Source: an uncultured Rhodospirillaceae bacterium
Lineage (GTDB): Bacteria; Pseudomonadota; Alphaproteobacteria; Rhodospirillales; UBA2165
Direction of reading: 5' to 3'
Assembly (NCBI GenBank): GCA_964566055.1
Contig: CAZMHI010000011.1
Coordinates: 25,851 to 89,850 of the forward strand
DNA: 64,000 nt
The notes under the pieces were generated by a model. It worked only from the letters and a program-made list of their open reading frames with translations, was not told where the DNA came from and ran no database searches. Below are positions 33,032 through 42,318 of the stretch, piece after piece (the first letter of the stretch is position 1; each line of letters begins with the position of its first letter). Position numbers and translations under genes: made by a program.

Positions 33032-34346
33032 CGCGTGCCGCCTCTTTGTTGGCCGTGAAATCAGGCTTGAACGGCATCGCGCCACCGAACTTTTTAGCCG
33101 CCAGGAAATGCAGATCATCAGCGGTGACTTGGCTGCGGCCTTCGCCCCGAACATAGTCTTCGGCCCGCCGGCGGATCATACGGCGCAAAAAGCCTGGAAT
33201 TCTGGTCAGCCGGGCTTCGGCGTCACCGGTCCACATCAGCGCCGATTGTTGTTCAGGCAAGGGCTGGATAACGGCTCCACCCACGGGCTCATAGCCGCAA
33301 AGGAAGTCTTCGCCCATCAAATTATCATCCCGTGCCAAAGGACGGGCGCGGCAACCGCCACACAGTTTGCTGTATTCGCACTCTCCACAGCGGCCTTCAA
33401 GTACAGGCTGGCGCAGCGCTTTAAACATCGGCGCATCCTGCCAAATCTCGGTAAATTTCCGATCGCGGATGGAGCCGACACTATCCTCGATATAGGGGCA
33501 GGCCGTGACCTCGCCTTCCGGTGTCACCCGGCAATAGCGGGAACCGGCAAGACAGCCGCCGGCTTCATAACCTTGCGCCAACGTAATCGGCCATTCGGGA
33601 TCAAGCTCCATCGCCATGCGTTTAAAGTGCGGTGCACATTTAGCCCGGATCAATAATTCAGGTTCGTCATGAGCCGCTTGAGTTACTTTACGCAAAACCT
33701 CTTCGTAAGTTTCTTGCGAGATATTGGTGACTTTTTCACCGCGTCCGGTACAGACCAAAAAGAATATGTTGAGCACCAAAGCACCTGAGGACCGAGCAAA
33801 AGCAATCATCTCATCCAGTTCTCCGGCATTGTCATCGGTGACCGAAAAATGCAGCTGGTGCGCGAGACCACCCTTACGGCAGGCATCAATACCGGCCATG
33901 GTTTTTTCCCAGGCTCCCAGAAATCCACGGAAATTGTCGTGATAAACAGGATCAAGCGAATCGAGGCTGATACCGACCCCGGCAACCCCGGCTTCTTTTA
34001 GCCGAGCCACGCGCTCTTCTGTCAGCATCATGCCGTTGGTGCCGATCACCGTCATCAGGCCGAGATTAACAGCGTGCTCGGCCAACTCGTCCAAATCTGG
34101 GCGGACCAGCGGCTCTCCACCGGTCAGCACAACCATGGTTTCGCCGCCGAGTGCATTGATCTCATCCAGACAGGCTTTAACTTCATCGGTGGTGAGTTCA
34201 CCCGCCTCGCCGGCCTGCCGGATACCGGCATCAAGATAACAATGGGCGCAGGCTTGATTACAGCGCCGCGTTAAGTTAAGCGCGACCAGAAACGGCTGCT
34301 CTGCCTTAACGTCTTTCACATTATCTTTGGTGCGGAGCAGGTTCAC
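33021..34346 (-). CDS. Radical SAM/SPASM protein (NirJ/AhbD-like) with a C-terminal PCP_red-like domain
   Basis: CNQACAHC radical-SAM cluster motif, GGEPL, and a SPASM Cys cluster (CGECEYSKLCGGCRARP). The tail WTGDAEARLTRIPGFLRRMIRRRAEDYV is PCP_red-like. Likely GTG start at 34346 with a GAGG SD; the track ORF runs to 34424. Confidence 0.8.
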   Translation of the reverse strand: MNLLRTKDNVKDVKAEQPFLVALNLTRRCNQACAHCYLDAGIRQAGEAGELTTDEVKACLDEINALGGETMVVLTGGEPLVRPDLDELAEHAVNLGLMTVIGTNGMMLTEERVARLKEAGVAGVGISLDSLDPVYHDNFRGFLGAWEKTMAGIDACRKGGLAHQLHFSVTDDNAGELDEMIAFARSSGALVLNIFFLVCTGRGEKVTNISQETYEEVLRKVTQAAHDEPELLIRAKCAPHFKRMAMELDPEWPITLAQGYEAGGCLAGSRYCRVTPEGEVTACPYIEDSVGSIRDRKFTEIWQDAPMFKALRQPVLEGRCGECEYSKLCGGCRARPLARDDNLMGEDFLCGYEPVGGAVIQPLPEQQSALMWTGDAEARLTRIPGFLRRMIRRRAEDYVRGEGRSQVTADDLHFLAAKKFGGAMPFKPDFTANKEAARDDA

Positions 34347-34356
34347 GGACGTCGCC

Positions 34357-36510
34357 TCAGTCTTTCTTATAGAGGTCTGGATTGCTGTCGGAGTGGAAAT
34401 CACCCATGCCTTCCCAGGCTTCACTGGCCATATCGACAGCTGCCGTGGTGACCCGGTCTAATTCCAGTTCACGGGCGCAGCGTTCGATCTCAAGCTCAAC
34501 CATGCCGCGGACAAAATCCGGAATGCGCTGGACGCGTTCGAGGGCGTCCTCATCCCAGTCCATCTTGCGTTTTTGCTTGGCGGAACCTTTGGCCCATTCG
34601 GCATATTTTTCTTCGACCAGGGCTTCAGTGATGGTTTCTATCTCGTGCTTTTCGGCATAGACCTCGACCCGCTGGCGGGTCATATCACGCATAAAGCCTG
34701 CCGGGATTTTAGCCATCCGCGCTTCAGCATCTTCGGCCCAGACCAAAGCTGGCTTATCTTCGGTTTCATCTTTGGCTTTAGATTTCGTCGCAAAAGGGCA
34801 AACAAAGCCTTGTTTTTCTTCAGCTTCTTCCGGCTCGTCATCTTTCGTCGCAATAGCCTCATTCATGGCAGCGCGCGCTTTTTCAAGCCCGGCTTCAACC
34901 ACTTCGAGGGTCACTTCCGTGGTGCCGCGTTCTTGCGCCACGCCTTCAATCCGGGTCCGCGTGGCGTCCCGCATGGCATCCGGCACTCGGGATAATCTCG
35001 CCAAAGCGGCGGCAGCCCAGACAAATTCACCTTCAACACCGGCTTCGACATTGACGTTGGTATCGATAAACGGCAGCACATGCTCATCCAGCACTTCTTT
35101 GGAGGAATTCCGGCGCGCTCGTTTTTCAGCCCGCAGCTTAATGTTAGCCGCCATCGGCAATTCGACATGGCGCTTGATCAATTCATTGGCAGAGTCGGAC
35201 CAGGTAACCGTTTGCTCTTTCTCAAGCTGTTCCTCTGACCGTCCGCCGCCCGGCATCATCTCATTGGCGACAATTTCAACGATGTCCTGAGTAATAAACG
35301 TGTGACCCTTTTCCTGGGCATAGCGGTTAACCGCTTTTCTGGCCATATCCTGAACAAAGCTCGGAGCGCGTTTCAAGAACTCTTCCGCTTCATTGCTCCA
35401 GGAAATGGTTTCTTCGGCCACGACTTCCATCGGCGGCACATGTTCTGTTTGACCGAGCCAGATGTGACAGGGTGACATGCGCAAAAGGTTTTCCGCATTA
35501 CCGCCAATATCGAGGCTGCGATCCGCATGCACACCGGTCATGCCGACCATTAACAGGCTGGCGTTTACTTCTTCCAGATAATCACAGATGACTTTGAAGG
35601 CTTTGCCTTCAAGCAGTTTGCTGACAACTTCGAAGCCTTCCTCATCGGCAATCTTATTAGCGATTTCGAGGTTGGATTGATAAATTTTAGCGATACCATC
35701 ATCGATCAGCTCTTCATGCAGGGCTTCTTGCTCGCGGAAGCGGAAGACCTTGCCGGCTTCATCACTGAGCACGCTGGCGATTTTATTAAAGGCTACATAG
35801 TGGTAATAGGGATCGTAGGACGAGACGATATGCACTTCCGCCTCAATTCGCCGGGCGATTTCAAAAGCTCGTTTTAAGACACCATATGATTTTGCCGAGC
35901 CATCAATCGCCACAACGATGGGGCCATCACCAATCTCTTTTTGAGTATCGCGGATGACCAGACAATCAATGGGGCTGCGCCGGACCACACGCTCACAAAC
36001 GGTGCCGATCAAACTGCCGGGCACTGCGCCCAGGCCAAGCGAGCCCAAAGCCAATACATCATGGTCACCGGTCTCAGCTGCTTCAATAATTTTAGTGTAG
36101 TTTTTACCTTCTGGGCTCAAGCGCTGAAACTTGAGGCCGCGCGCATCGCATTCGGCTTTGGCGACATCGTGATAGCTATCGGTAATGATCGAGAGCCCGT
36201 CGGTGATCAGATCGTCATGCACATCCCGCTGATACTGCATTTCCTCTTCATCGAGATAACGATCCGGCAGACCGCCTTCCATTTGGCGAAAGCGCGCATC
36301 GTGCAAACGGGCTGCATAAGCGTGAATACCGGTAATCTGGCCGTCCGCCGAGGGAACGAGTTTCAATATTTGAGCAAGTGCGTGATCAGCATATTCCGAG
36401 GCGTCAAGCGCCACTAAGAACCGTGAGAAAGTTTCTTGATTTTCCCCTGTAGATTCTGGCGTGGATACAGGGCTGGCGTCGGCCTGTTTGGCCGCTTGTG
36501 TCACATTCAT
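34357..36510 (-). CDS. Tandem universal-stress-protein domains fused to five PCP_red-like repeats
   Basis: 717 aa. Two USP modules (aa ~28-190 and ~195-345), then five copies of the pattern W..(D/E)A...L.R(I/V/A)P.F(V/M)(R/Q)...... spanning aa 369-700. Confidence 0.7.
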   Translation of the reverse strand: MNVTQAAKQADASPVSTPESTGENQETFSRFLVALDASEYADHALAQILKLVPSADGQITGIHAYAARLHDARFRQMEGGLPDRYLDEEEMQYQRDVHDDLITDGLSIITDSYHDVAKAECDARGLKFQRLSPEGKNYTKIIEAAETGDHDVLALGSLGLGAVPGSLIGTVCERVVRRSPIDCLVIRDTQKEIGDGPIVVAIDGSAKSYGVLKRAFEIARRIEAEVHIVSSYDPYYHYVAFNKIASVLSDEAGKVFRFREQEALHEELIDDGIAKIYQSNLEIANKIADEEGFEVVSKLLEGKAFKVICDYLEEVNASLLMVGMTGVHADRSLDIGGNAENLLRMSPCHIWLGQTEHVPPMEVVAEETISWSNEAEEFLKRAPSFVQDMARKAVNRYAQEKGHTFITQDIVEIVANEMMPGGGRSEEQLEKEQTVTWSDSANELIKRHVELPMAANIKLRAEKRARRNSSKEVLDEHVLPFIDTNVNVEAGVEGEFVWAAAALARLSRVPDAMRDATRTRIEGVAQERGTTEVTLEVVEAGLEKARAAMNEAIATKDDEPEEAEEKQGFVCPFATKSKAKDETEDKPALVWAEDAEARMAKIPAGFMRDMTRQRVEVYAEKHEIETITEALVEEKYAEWAKGSAKQKRKMDWDEDALERVQRIPDFVRGMVELEIERCARELELDRVTTAAVDMASEAWEGMGDFHSDSNPDLYKKD
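34411..35406 (-). repeat. Five tandem PCP_red-like (protochlorophyllide reductase B C-terminal-like) domain repeats at protein level
   Basis: ISWSNEAEEFLKRAPSFVQDMARK / VTWSDSANELIKRHVELPMAANIK / FVWAAAALARLSRVPDAMRDATR / LVWAEDAEARMAKIPAGFMRDMTR / MDWDEDALERVQRIPDFVRGMVE. Confidence 0.6.
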
Positions 36511-36564
36511 TTAATTAACTCCTACCTTAGAAGTTAAAATTAGCTGGATTTAATCAGGTTTGCC

Positions 36565-36578
36565 TTGATGTGGATCAA
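36565..36578 (-). promoter_or_regulatory. Perfect FNR/CRP-family box TTGAT-GTGG-ATCAA
   Basis: Read directly. Box centre is 61 nt upstream of the ATG at 36510, with a TAATTT hexamer 32 bp downstream of the centre (class II geometry). Confidence 0.6.
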
Positions 36579-36826
36579 ACCTGCAAATTAGAGCTATTCT
36601 GATCTTTGCTGATTTTGGGCCGGTTATTGGACCGAATTTGGCCGATGACCAGAAAGAACAGTCCTGTGGCAATTAAAAAAATGTAGAAATTGTCGATCGC
36701 GTTGCCGGCCCGCCAGGACAGCATGGCATCCAAAGCACCGACAAAGATTAGCGCCACGCCAAACATCCGCGGAATAACACCACGCCTTGGGGTAACTTCC
36801 TGTTCCGTGTTTGACGCTGCCTGCAT
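36575..36826 (-). CDS. Small two-TM membrane protein
   Basis: 83 aa. Two hydrophobic helices (MFGVALIFVGALDAML, FYIFLIATGLFFLVIG). Starts 3 nt after the upstream stop. Confidence 0.5.
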   Translation of the reverse strand: MQAASNTEQEVTPRRGVIPRMFGVALIFVGALDAMLSWRAGNAIDNFYIFLIATGLFFLVIGQIRSNNRPKISKDQNSSNLQV

Positions 36827-36829
36827 TTT

Positions 36830-38353
36830 CTAGCCCTCCCGCTTGGCCGCCGCGTTGCGCGCCCACCAGCCTAAAAGGCCGAGAAGCAGAAGTGCAACAA
36901 TCACGCCGGAAATAATCGGCTTGGTGCTGGTTGGCGGCTTGAGCAACAGCCAGTACCAGGTGGTCAGAGTGTAGCTCCGCGCTTTTTCAGAGTTGCTGCC
37001 ATCCCAGGCGGCAAAAGCGATGGGCGTGAAACGGCCTTCTTCAAATTGAATATCGCTGCCGGTTTCAGCCGTCTTAAGTGCACGCTTAACCACGACCCGC
37101 CAGGAGCCGTTTTTGTAAACGCCTTTTGCCGTCAGGCCGGCTGCTTTGCCATCGCGGGCCTCAAGATTTTCAAGCCCCTGGCCATCGGCGAGTTCAACTT
37201 TAGCCGGCGACTTGGTTGTACCGGCGCTCCATTTCCAGATATTGACCGGCTTGGCGCCGTCACCGGCAACAAAATAGGGTTTCTCTAGACCTTCCGGTGC
37301 TATGACCGGCAACTGAACAGCAACCGCATCTTCAGTCATATTTTCATCAGCGATTTTGGCCGCGGCTTCGTCACCCGGAATACTTTTGGTGCGGTCATCC
37401 CATTCGAGCAAAAAGGCGACTTCTTTGTCGCTATAAAGCGCCTGAGCTGTAATGGTGTCATTGGCCATTTTAAAGAAACGCGGCTTGAGAATGATTTGCG
37501 GCACCATGGCAAAGGTCGTTGGTTGCGCGACCTCCCAAGCTTTGTCATCGGGTCCTGTCGGCAAATCACCTTCTACTTTTTCGGCAATCACCACAGTATT
37601 TTCAGCGCGCACGGTACGTTTTGTTTTGGCCAAAGACTGCACATAGTTGGCAACATGCCAGCGTTCTTCGATCGAAAGTTTTTTGGCGCTTTTCTCATCG
37701 GCAAATGTCGGCATTTGTGTGCCGGGAATACCGACGGTCACACGGGCAAAGATGTCTTTTGGATCATTACTGCCTCTGAAAGTCCAAGGCTTGGTCAGAT
37801 TGCGCGGCCAGGTGCGCGCACCTGCATCGTCTTTTAAGCGCTTAACTGCATCACCTTTACCGTCCTCACCATGGCACTCGGAACAACGCTCCTTGTCATG
37901 GAATAGCTTTTTACCTTGAGCGATACTTTCCGGCGAGGTGGCAACTTGGGTGCCATAATCCAATTGTTCTTCCGGCTTTTCGTCTTCAAGCTCAGCAAAC
38001 ATTTTGAGATAGAGCACGAGGTCCCACATTTCCTGCTCTTTGAGGATATCGGCCCAGCCCGGCATGGCAGTGCCCGGCATACCATCTTTAATCATGCGGT
38101 AGATATCATCATCATTCGGTACCGGATCTTCTTCACCGGTGGTTTTGATCTTATAACCGGCTTCGGTGAAATCACGCGGTGGCGGGTTGAGACGCTCGGC
38201 GCCAGGGCCGTCACCATCACCTTCTTCGCCGTGACACATCAGACAGCGTTTTTCATAAATTTTCTTACCGTTCTCGGCATTACCCGGGGCGGCAATTACT
38301 GGTGAGCCCAGCAATATGGTCAGAAGCGCAGTTAAGGAAATTAACAATTTCAT
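36830..38353 (-). CDS. Di-haem cytochrome c fused to an EB_dh/DOMON-like domain and a C-terminal TM anchor (module 1)
   Basis: Signal peptide. CLMCH and CSECH. C-terminal half has EB_dh-like motifs (DAVAVQLP, VNIWKW, NGSWRVVVKRAL, FAAWDGSN). Terminal TM helix IISGVIVALLLLGLLGWW. Confidence 0.75.
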   Translation of the reverse strand: MKLLISLTALLTILLGSPVIAAPGNAENGKKIYEKRCLMCHGEEGDGDGPGAERLNPPPRDFTEAGYKIKTTGEEDPVPNDDDIYRMIKDGMPGTAMPGWADILKEQEMWDLVLYLKMFAELEDEKPEEQLDYGTQVATSPESIAQGKKLFHDKERCSECHGEDGKGDAVKRLKDDAGARTWPRNLTKPWTFRGSNDPKDIFARVTVGIPGTQMPTFADEKSAKKLSIEERWHVANYVQSLAKTKRTVRAENTVVIAEKVEGDLPTGPDDKAWEVAQPTTFAMVPQIILKPRFFKMANDTITAQALYSDKEVAFLLEWDDRTKSIPGDEAAAKIADENMTEDAVAVQLPVIAPEGLEKPYFVAGDGAKPVNIWKWSAGTTKSPAKVELADGQGLENLEARDGKAAGLTAKGVYKNGSWRVVVKRALKTAETGSDIQFEEGRFTPIAFAAWDGSNSEKARSYTLTTWYWLLLKPPTSTKPIISGVIVALLLLGLLGWWARNAAAKREG

Positions 38354-38365
38354 CAGTTCAGCCCC

Positions 38366-39133
38366 CTACTCGTGTCCAAAACTTCGGGGCTGATACCCGG
38401 TGTAGTCATAAAGAAATAAGATAACCTGCCAGATTTCCTCTTCGCTGAGAAAGTCCTGCCAGATCGGCATGGAAGAGATCCAAGGCGCGGCCTCTTTCGG
38501 CAGGCCCGGCCCGCCGGTAGCAATACGCCAGAACAGGTAAGATTCCTGGAGCTGTGCGATGGTGCCGACATCCTGGAAATTGGCCGGTGTCGGATTGAGC
38601 CCAGCCGCATAAGGGCCTTTGCCATCGAGCTTGTCACCGTGACAGAAATGACAGTTCTGGATATAGACCTTGGCGCCCTCGGCGACGTGTTCTTTGAATT
38701 TTTTGGGGTCTTCTTTCTCCAGCTTTCGCAGAGGATTCTCAAGCTTGATGACATCGTAGCGTTTACCATAGGCCTTCATCGAGGTTGGCGGCGCTGGATG
38801 AATGGTGCGGAGCTCAACCGGTGCTTCAAAGCTTAAGCTGGTTTTCTCGTACGTGTACCAGCCCGCCAAGACAGGCAGGATGATGAACACGACGTTGCGG
38901 ATCATCTTTTTATTGGGGTCTTCGACCAAGGCTTTGATCGGCCCGACAAGTTCGCGGGTACTTTCTTCGGTCGCGGTGAACACCATAAAGACGCCGGCCA
39001 CCACAAAGAACATATACATCGTCAGCAGGCTCGACGGGATAACGTGGTCAAGCATAACATCGAAGACCAGGACGAAGCCGTAATAGACAATGGCCAGAAC
39101 GAGAACGGCTTGAAGTAACTTAGGTATTTTCAT
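38366..39133 (-). CDS. Three-TM-anchored mono-haem cytochrome c (module 1)
   Basis: 255 aa with a strong SD (GGGAGGGG). Three N-terminal TM helices, then CHFCHGDKLDGKGP in a class I cytochrome c domain. Confidence 0.75.
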   Translation of the reverse strand: MKIPKLLQAVLVLAIVYYGFVLVFDVMLDHVIPSSLLTMYMFFVVAGVFMVFTATEESTRELVGPIKALVEDPNKKMIRNVVFIILPVLAGWYTYEKTSLSFEAPVELRTIHPAPPTSMKAYGKRYDVIKLENPLRKLEKEDPKKFKEHVAEGAKVYIQNCHFCHGDKLDGKGPYAAGLNPTPANFQDVGTIAQLQESYLFWRIATGGPGLPKEAAPWISSMPIWQDFLSEEEIWQVILFLYDYTGYQPRSFGHE

Positions 39134-39145
39134 CTCAGCCCCTCC

Positions 39146-39958
39146 CTATTTCAACTTGGCCAAATAATCGACCAGCATTTCAAGCTCGCTGGCATAGAGC
39201 TGAGTGCCGTAATCTTTCGGCATTAAGTCTTTTTCATAGCCTTTGGTCAGTTCTGCATTCGGATCAAGGATCGATATTCTGATATGAGCGGCGGAACGAA
39301 GTGCGCCGATTTTTGTCAGATCAGGTCCTTGCTCGCCTTCATCTTCACCGACTTTGTGACAAGCGCCGCAGCCGACCTCTGAAAGGATATCTTCAACGCT
39401 TTCATACGGTTTGCGTTGCTCCTCTTCCTCGTCATCCGCAGCATCACCGGCGTCTTCCGGAATTTCGACCGTAACCTCGACACCACCCAATTGTTGGAGG
39501 TAAGCGGTAACAGCGGCAAGCTCGACTTCGTTGAGACCGATACTGCCGGTTGAAGCATCCGGCATCGGGCTGACCGCATCATTGGTGCCTTTTTTACCGA
39601 AGCCAGCGACCACAAAAGCCGACGGTTTGACCATCGATTCCATGACGTAGCTTTCAACATCTGTTGCTTCGCCCTTATAGCGTGGGTCTTTGAGACGCGC
39701 TGCGGTGACGGCCGCTGTTTTTTCAAGCAATGGGGCACGGCCGCCAAGCGCATTGTGGCAGAGCGTACAGGTGCCCTTGCCTTTATATAATTTTTCACCG
39801 AGCGCCAGGAATTGATCCATGGTCAAAGAGCTGAGATCGACTTTCTCCTCGGTCGGCGGTGGCGCGGGCTCGATCCGGGGAATACCGAAATTAGCAAATC
39901 CGGCAAATAGGCCAACGACCAGCACGCTAAAGAAAGCGACTTTCAGGAAATTTTTCAT
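39146..39958 (-). CDS. Membrane-anchored di-haem cytochrome c (module 1)
   Basis: 270 aa with an N-terminal anchor and CTLCH and CGACH motifs. ATGA overlap with the upstream CydA-like gene. Confidence 0.75.
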   Translation of the reverse strand: MKNFLKVAFFSVLVVGLFAGFANFGIPRIEPAPPPTEEKVDLSSLTMDQFLALGEKLYKGKGTCTLCHNALGGRAPLLEKTAAVTAARLKDPRYKGEATDVESYVMESMVKPSAFVVAGFGKKGTNDAVSPMPDASTGSIGLNEVELAAVTAYLQQLGGVEVTVEIPEDAGDAADDEEEEQRKPYESVEDILSEVGCGACHKVGEDEGEQGPDLTKIGALRSAAHIRISILDPNAELTKGYEKDLMPKDYGTQLYASELEMLVDYLAKLK

Positions 39959-41850
39959 CCCTTACCTCCTGCCGCGGCGATATTGTCGACCGCTTCAGGC
40001 GCCCAGTAATTCTGAGGCTCGGTTTTCTTGGCGCTGATCTGGCTGAGCCAGAAAACAAAGATCACCATGGAGAGGAAAATAATCGTGCCGATGGAAACCA
40101 CATTGGCGGCAAAGCCCATGGTCGGCGTGAAGGCATCGGCGGAATTATCCCGCATGATATCGACGACATGCCAGTGTTGGCGGATACCGGAGCGGATATA
40201 CCCCATCAAACCCATCAGCCAGGTGAAGGAGACAGCCAGCAGGAACAGCGCATATTGCGAACGTTCGGGTACACGGCCCCATTTCAGCGGCGCCACTTCC
40301 TTGGCATTTTTATACATAAAGCTGTCGATGAGAATACTGATGACAATTATCACCAGGGTCGTACAAACTTGCGGGATTGAAGCGGCGATCTTATAGACCG
40401 TATTGGTGAAGTAGCCGTAATAGGTACCAAGAATGAAAATATTAATGACGCCGGTGACAAATAGCGCCACTTGCGCGGCATTACCGGCATTGACCCAGCT
40501 TACCGTCGCAACTTTATTGGCGCGCCGGTAGAACAGAAAGCTGACAAAGGTCGCGAGGATCATTAAATTCACAGCCGTGTTCTTGGCCGGCATAATACCA
40601 AAGGGTCCAAGATATTTGTGATAGGGCCCGCCAAGCGCTTTCAGCTCTTCGTTGGTCAACACCAGGGTATGCGGTGTGAACCAGACCAAGAAGGCACCGA
40701 CAATCACAATGGCGATATATTTAATATATTTGTAATAGCGCACCGCGCCATCGCTCCGGCCCATGCAGCACCAGAGATAATAGTTTGCTGACAGGAACAG
40801 TGCGCCGATCAGCACGGCCTGAATGATAAATAGCCAGGCGAAAATACCACCCATCAAAGTGATGCCCATTTGCTGGCTGAAAGCATAAATTTCTGTGGTC
40901 AGGTAATAGCCGGCAAAGGGTAGAGGCAGCAGCGCCGAAATAGCGATAAAGTTGGCGGTATAGCCCATCCAATCGTAATGCGCGCGGTCTTCGGCTCGGC
41001 TTGAGCTTAAGAACTTGAAAGCTGCATAGGCGCCGACGATGGAGCCGCCAAAGGCCACATTGGCCACCACCCGATGCAAATTGATCGGGTTCCAGAGATG
41101 GTTCTGAATGGCCGGCCAGATATCACCGGCAAAGACACCTGCCGCATCGACGCCTTCCGGGCTCATCATGAATGTCAGCCAGGAATTGGCGAGCAGCATC
41201 AGCATGGTGCCGACAGCATTGAGCAACAGGCCGATCGTCAGATGGACCCATTTGCGGTCGCCACCCTGCAGCCAGTGCCAGCCATAATAATAGAGATAGA
41301 GGCAGGCGCTTTCGGCGAAGAACAGTACGGCATACCAGAACATACTGTCTTTAAAGATGGTCGCGAGGTAGCTCCAGAGATCGGGATAGAACAGCATCAG
41401 GGAGAACGACAACAAGCCGCCCAAGATAGCCGTCAGGGAATAGGCCGTAATACTGACTTTAATAAACTCATAAGCCATATTGTCGTAGCGCCGGTCGCGC
41501 GTGCGCATACCAATAGCTTCAATAATGAAAACAAAAATCGGCACAGCAAGGACAAAGGCCGCAAACCAGAGATGCAATTGGGCCACCAGCCAGATAACAA
41601 CCCGGCTGTTGACGCCTTTGACGGTCGGATAGCTGGCGAGCGTGGTTTGAGGGGCTGGACCATATGGCGAGGTGGCTTCTGTATCACTGTCAGTGTTTTC
41701 AGCTGCCGGTTCTGCCGCTTGCTCAGCAGCCTGCACCGCTACATCAAAAAATTCACCGCTAAAATTTACCGGTGACAGAAATAACATCAAAGCCAGGAAA
41801 GCTATACCGGCTATTTTAAGTCCCCACCTGTTTTCATTTTTAAACTTCAT
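39955..41850 (-). CDS. Cytochrome bd subunit I (CydA)-like polytopic membrane protein lacking a Q-loop (module 1)
   Basis: CydA-like helix 1 (AQLHLWFAAFVLAVPIFVFIIEAIG), ANSWLTFMMSPEGVD, and NLHRVVANVAFGG. There is only a short loop where canonical CydA has the Q-loop. ATG at 41850; the track TTG start is at 41868. Confidence 0.7.
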   Translation of the reverse strand: MKFKNENRWGLKIAGIAFLALMLFLSPVNFSGEFFDVAVQAAEQAAEPAAENTDSDTEATSPYGPAPQTTLASYPTVKGVNSRVVIWLVAQLHLWFAAFVLAVPIFVFIIEAIGMRTRDRRYDNMAYEFIKVSITAYSLTAILGGLLSFSLMLFYPDLWSYLATIFKDSMFWYAVLFFAESACLYLYYYGWHWLQGGDRKWVHLTIGLLLNAVGTMLMLLANSWLTFMMSPEGVDAAGVFAGDIWPAIQNHLWNPINLHRVVANVAFGGSIVGAYAAFKFLSSSRAEDRAHYDWMGYTANFIAISALLPLPFAGYYLTTEIYAFSQQMGITLMGGIFAWLFIIQAVLIGALFLSANYYLWCCMGRSDGAVRYYKYIKYIAIVIVGAFLVWFTPHTLVLTNEELKALGGPYHKYLGPFGIMPAKNTAVNLMILATFVSFLFYRRANKVATVSWVNAGNAAQVALFVTGVINIFILGTYYGYFTNTVYKIAASIPQVCTTLVIIVISILIDSFMYKNAKEVAPLKWGRVPERSQYALFLLAVSFTWLMGLMGYIRSGIRQHWHVVDIMRDNSADAFTPTMGFAANVVSIGTIIFLSMVIFVFWLSQISAKKTEPQNYWAPEAVDNIAAAGGKG

Positions 41851-41872
41851 TCTGCTACGCGCCTTCAAATCT

Positions 41873-41989
41873 TTACTGGTGGTAGAACAGGGATATGCCC
41901 TGCAAATTCATGAGGCCCCAATCGAGCACGAAAAAGCCGACGCCGCAGATTGCGAGCGAAACAATAAATGGTACAAGATAGTCTTTCAC
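41873..41989 (-). CDS. Candidate 38-aa single-TM mini-protein
   Basis: My own translation: GTG start preceded by GGGAGAA, product (M)KDYLVPFIVSLAICGVGFFVLDWGLMNLQGISLFYHQ. Immediately upstream of the CydA-like gene. Confidence 0.4.
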   Translation of the reverse strand: MKDYLVPFIVSLAICGVGFFVLDWGLMNLQGISLFYHQ

Positions 41990-42014
41990 CGGTGGTTCTC
42001 CCTCTCTGCCCGGC

Positions 42015-42122
42015 CTAAAACAATACGACCCAAAAGGCCGCACAAGTGGCGATCAGCACGGCGATAAACAGCGCCGGGCCAAACCAGGTAGCTTCGTTAT
42101 TTTGTGGAGCCTCTGTATTCAT
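42015..42122 (-). CDS. Candidate 35-aa single-TM mini-protein
   Basis: My own translation: ATG at 42122, product MNTEAPQNNEATWFGPALFIAVLIATCAAFWVVLF. Weak SD. Confidence 0.35.
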   Translation of the reverse strand: MNTEAPQNNEATWFGPALFIAVLIATCAAFWVVLF

Positions 42123-42318
42123 GTTTTTAAACCGTCTCAATTACTTGTTTTTTTGCTGGCATTGAACAACCTGGATTCGAAGGATAAAATGGGGCCAGAA
42201 ACCAGTGAGAAAGAAGCATGATCAATTTTAAAAATTTACGGCCCATTGACTGGGTCATCTTTGTCGGCGCCGCCGTTAATTTCGTGGTGATCGTGCTGAT
42301 CCTCGCTTTTTTTGTTTT

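Noticed and set aside
41074-41775. Long antisense or shadow ORFs inside real genes (also 948..1487, 5815..6309, 13966..14589, 18026..18472, 34772..35290, 43531..44268, 47930..48448, 50356..50922, 53696..54238, 41672..42067 and many shorter ones)
   Set aside because: They lie opposite or out of frame within genes with clear family signatures, and their products are low-complexity or Arg/Ser/Pro-rich with no recognisable domains. This is typical of shadow ORFs.
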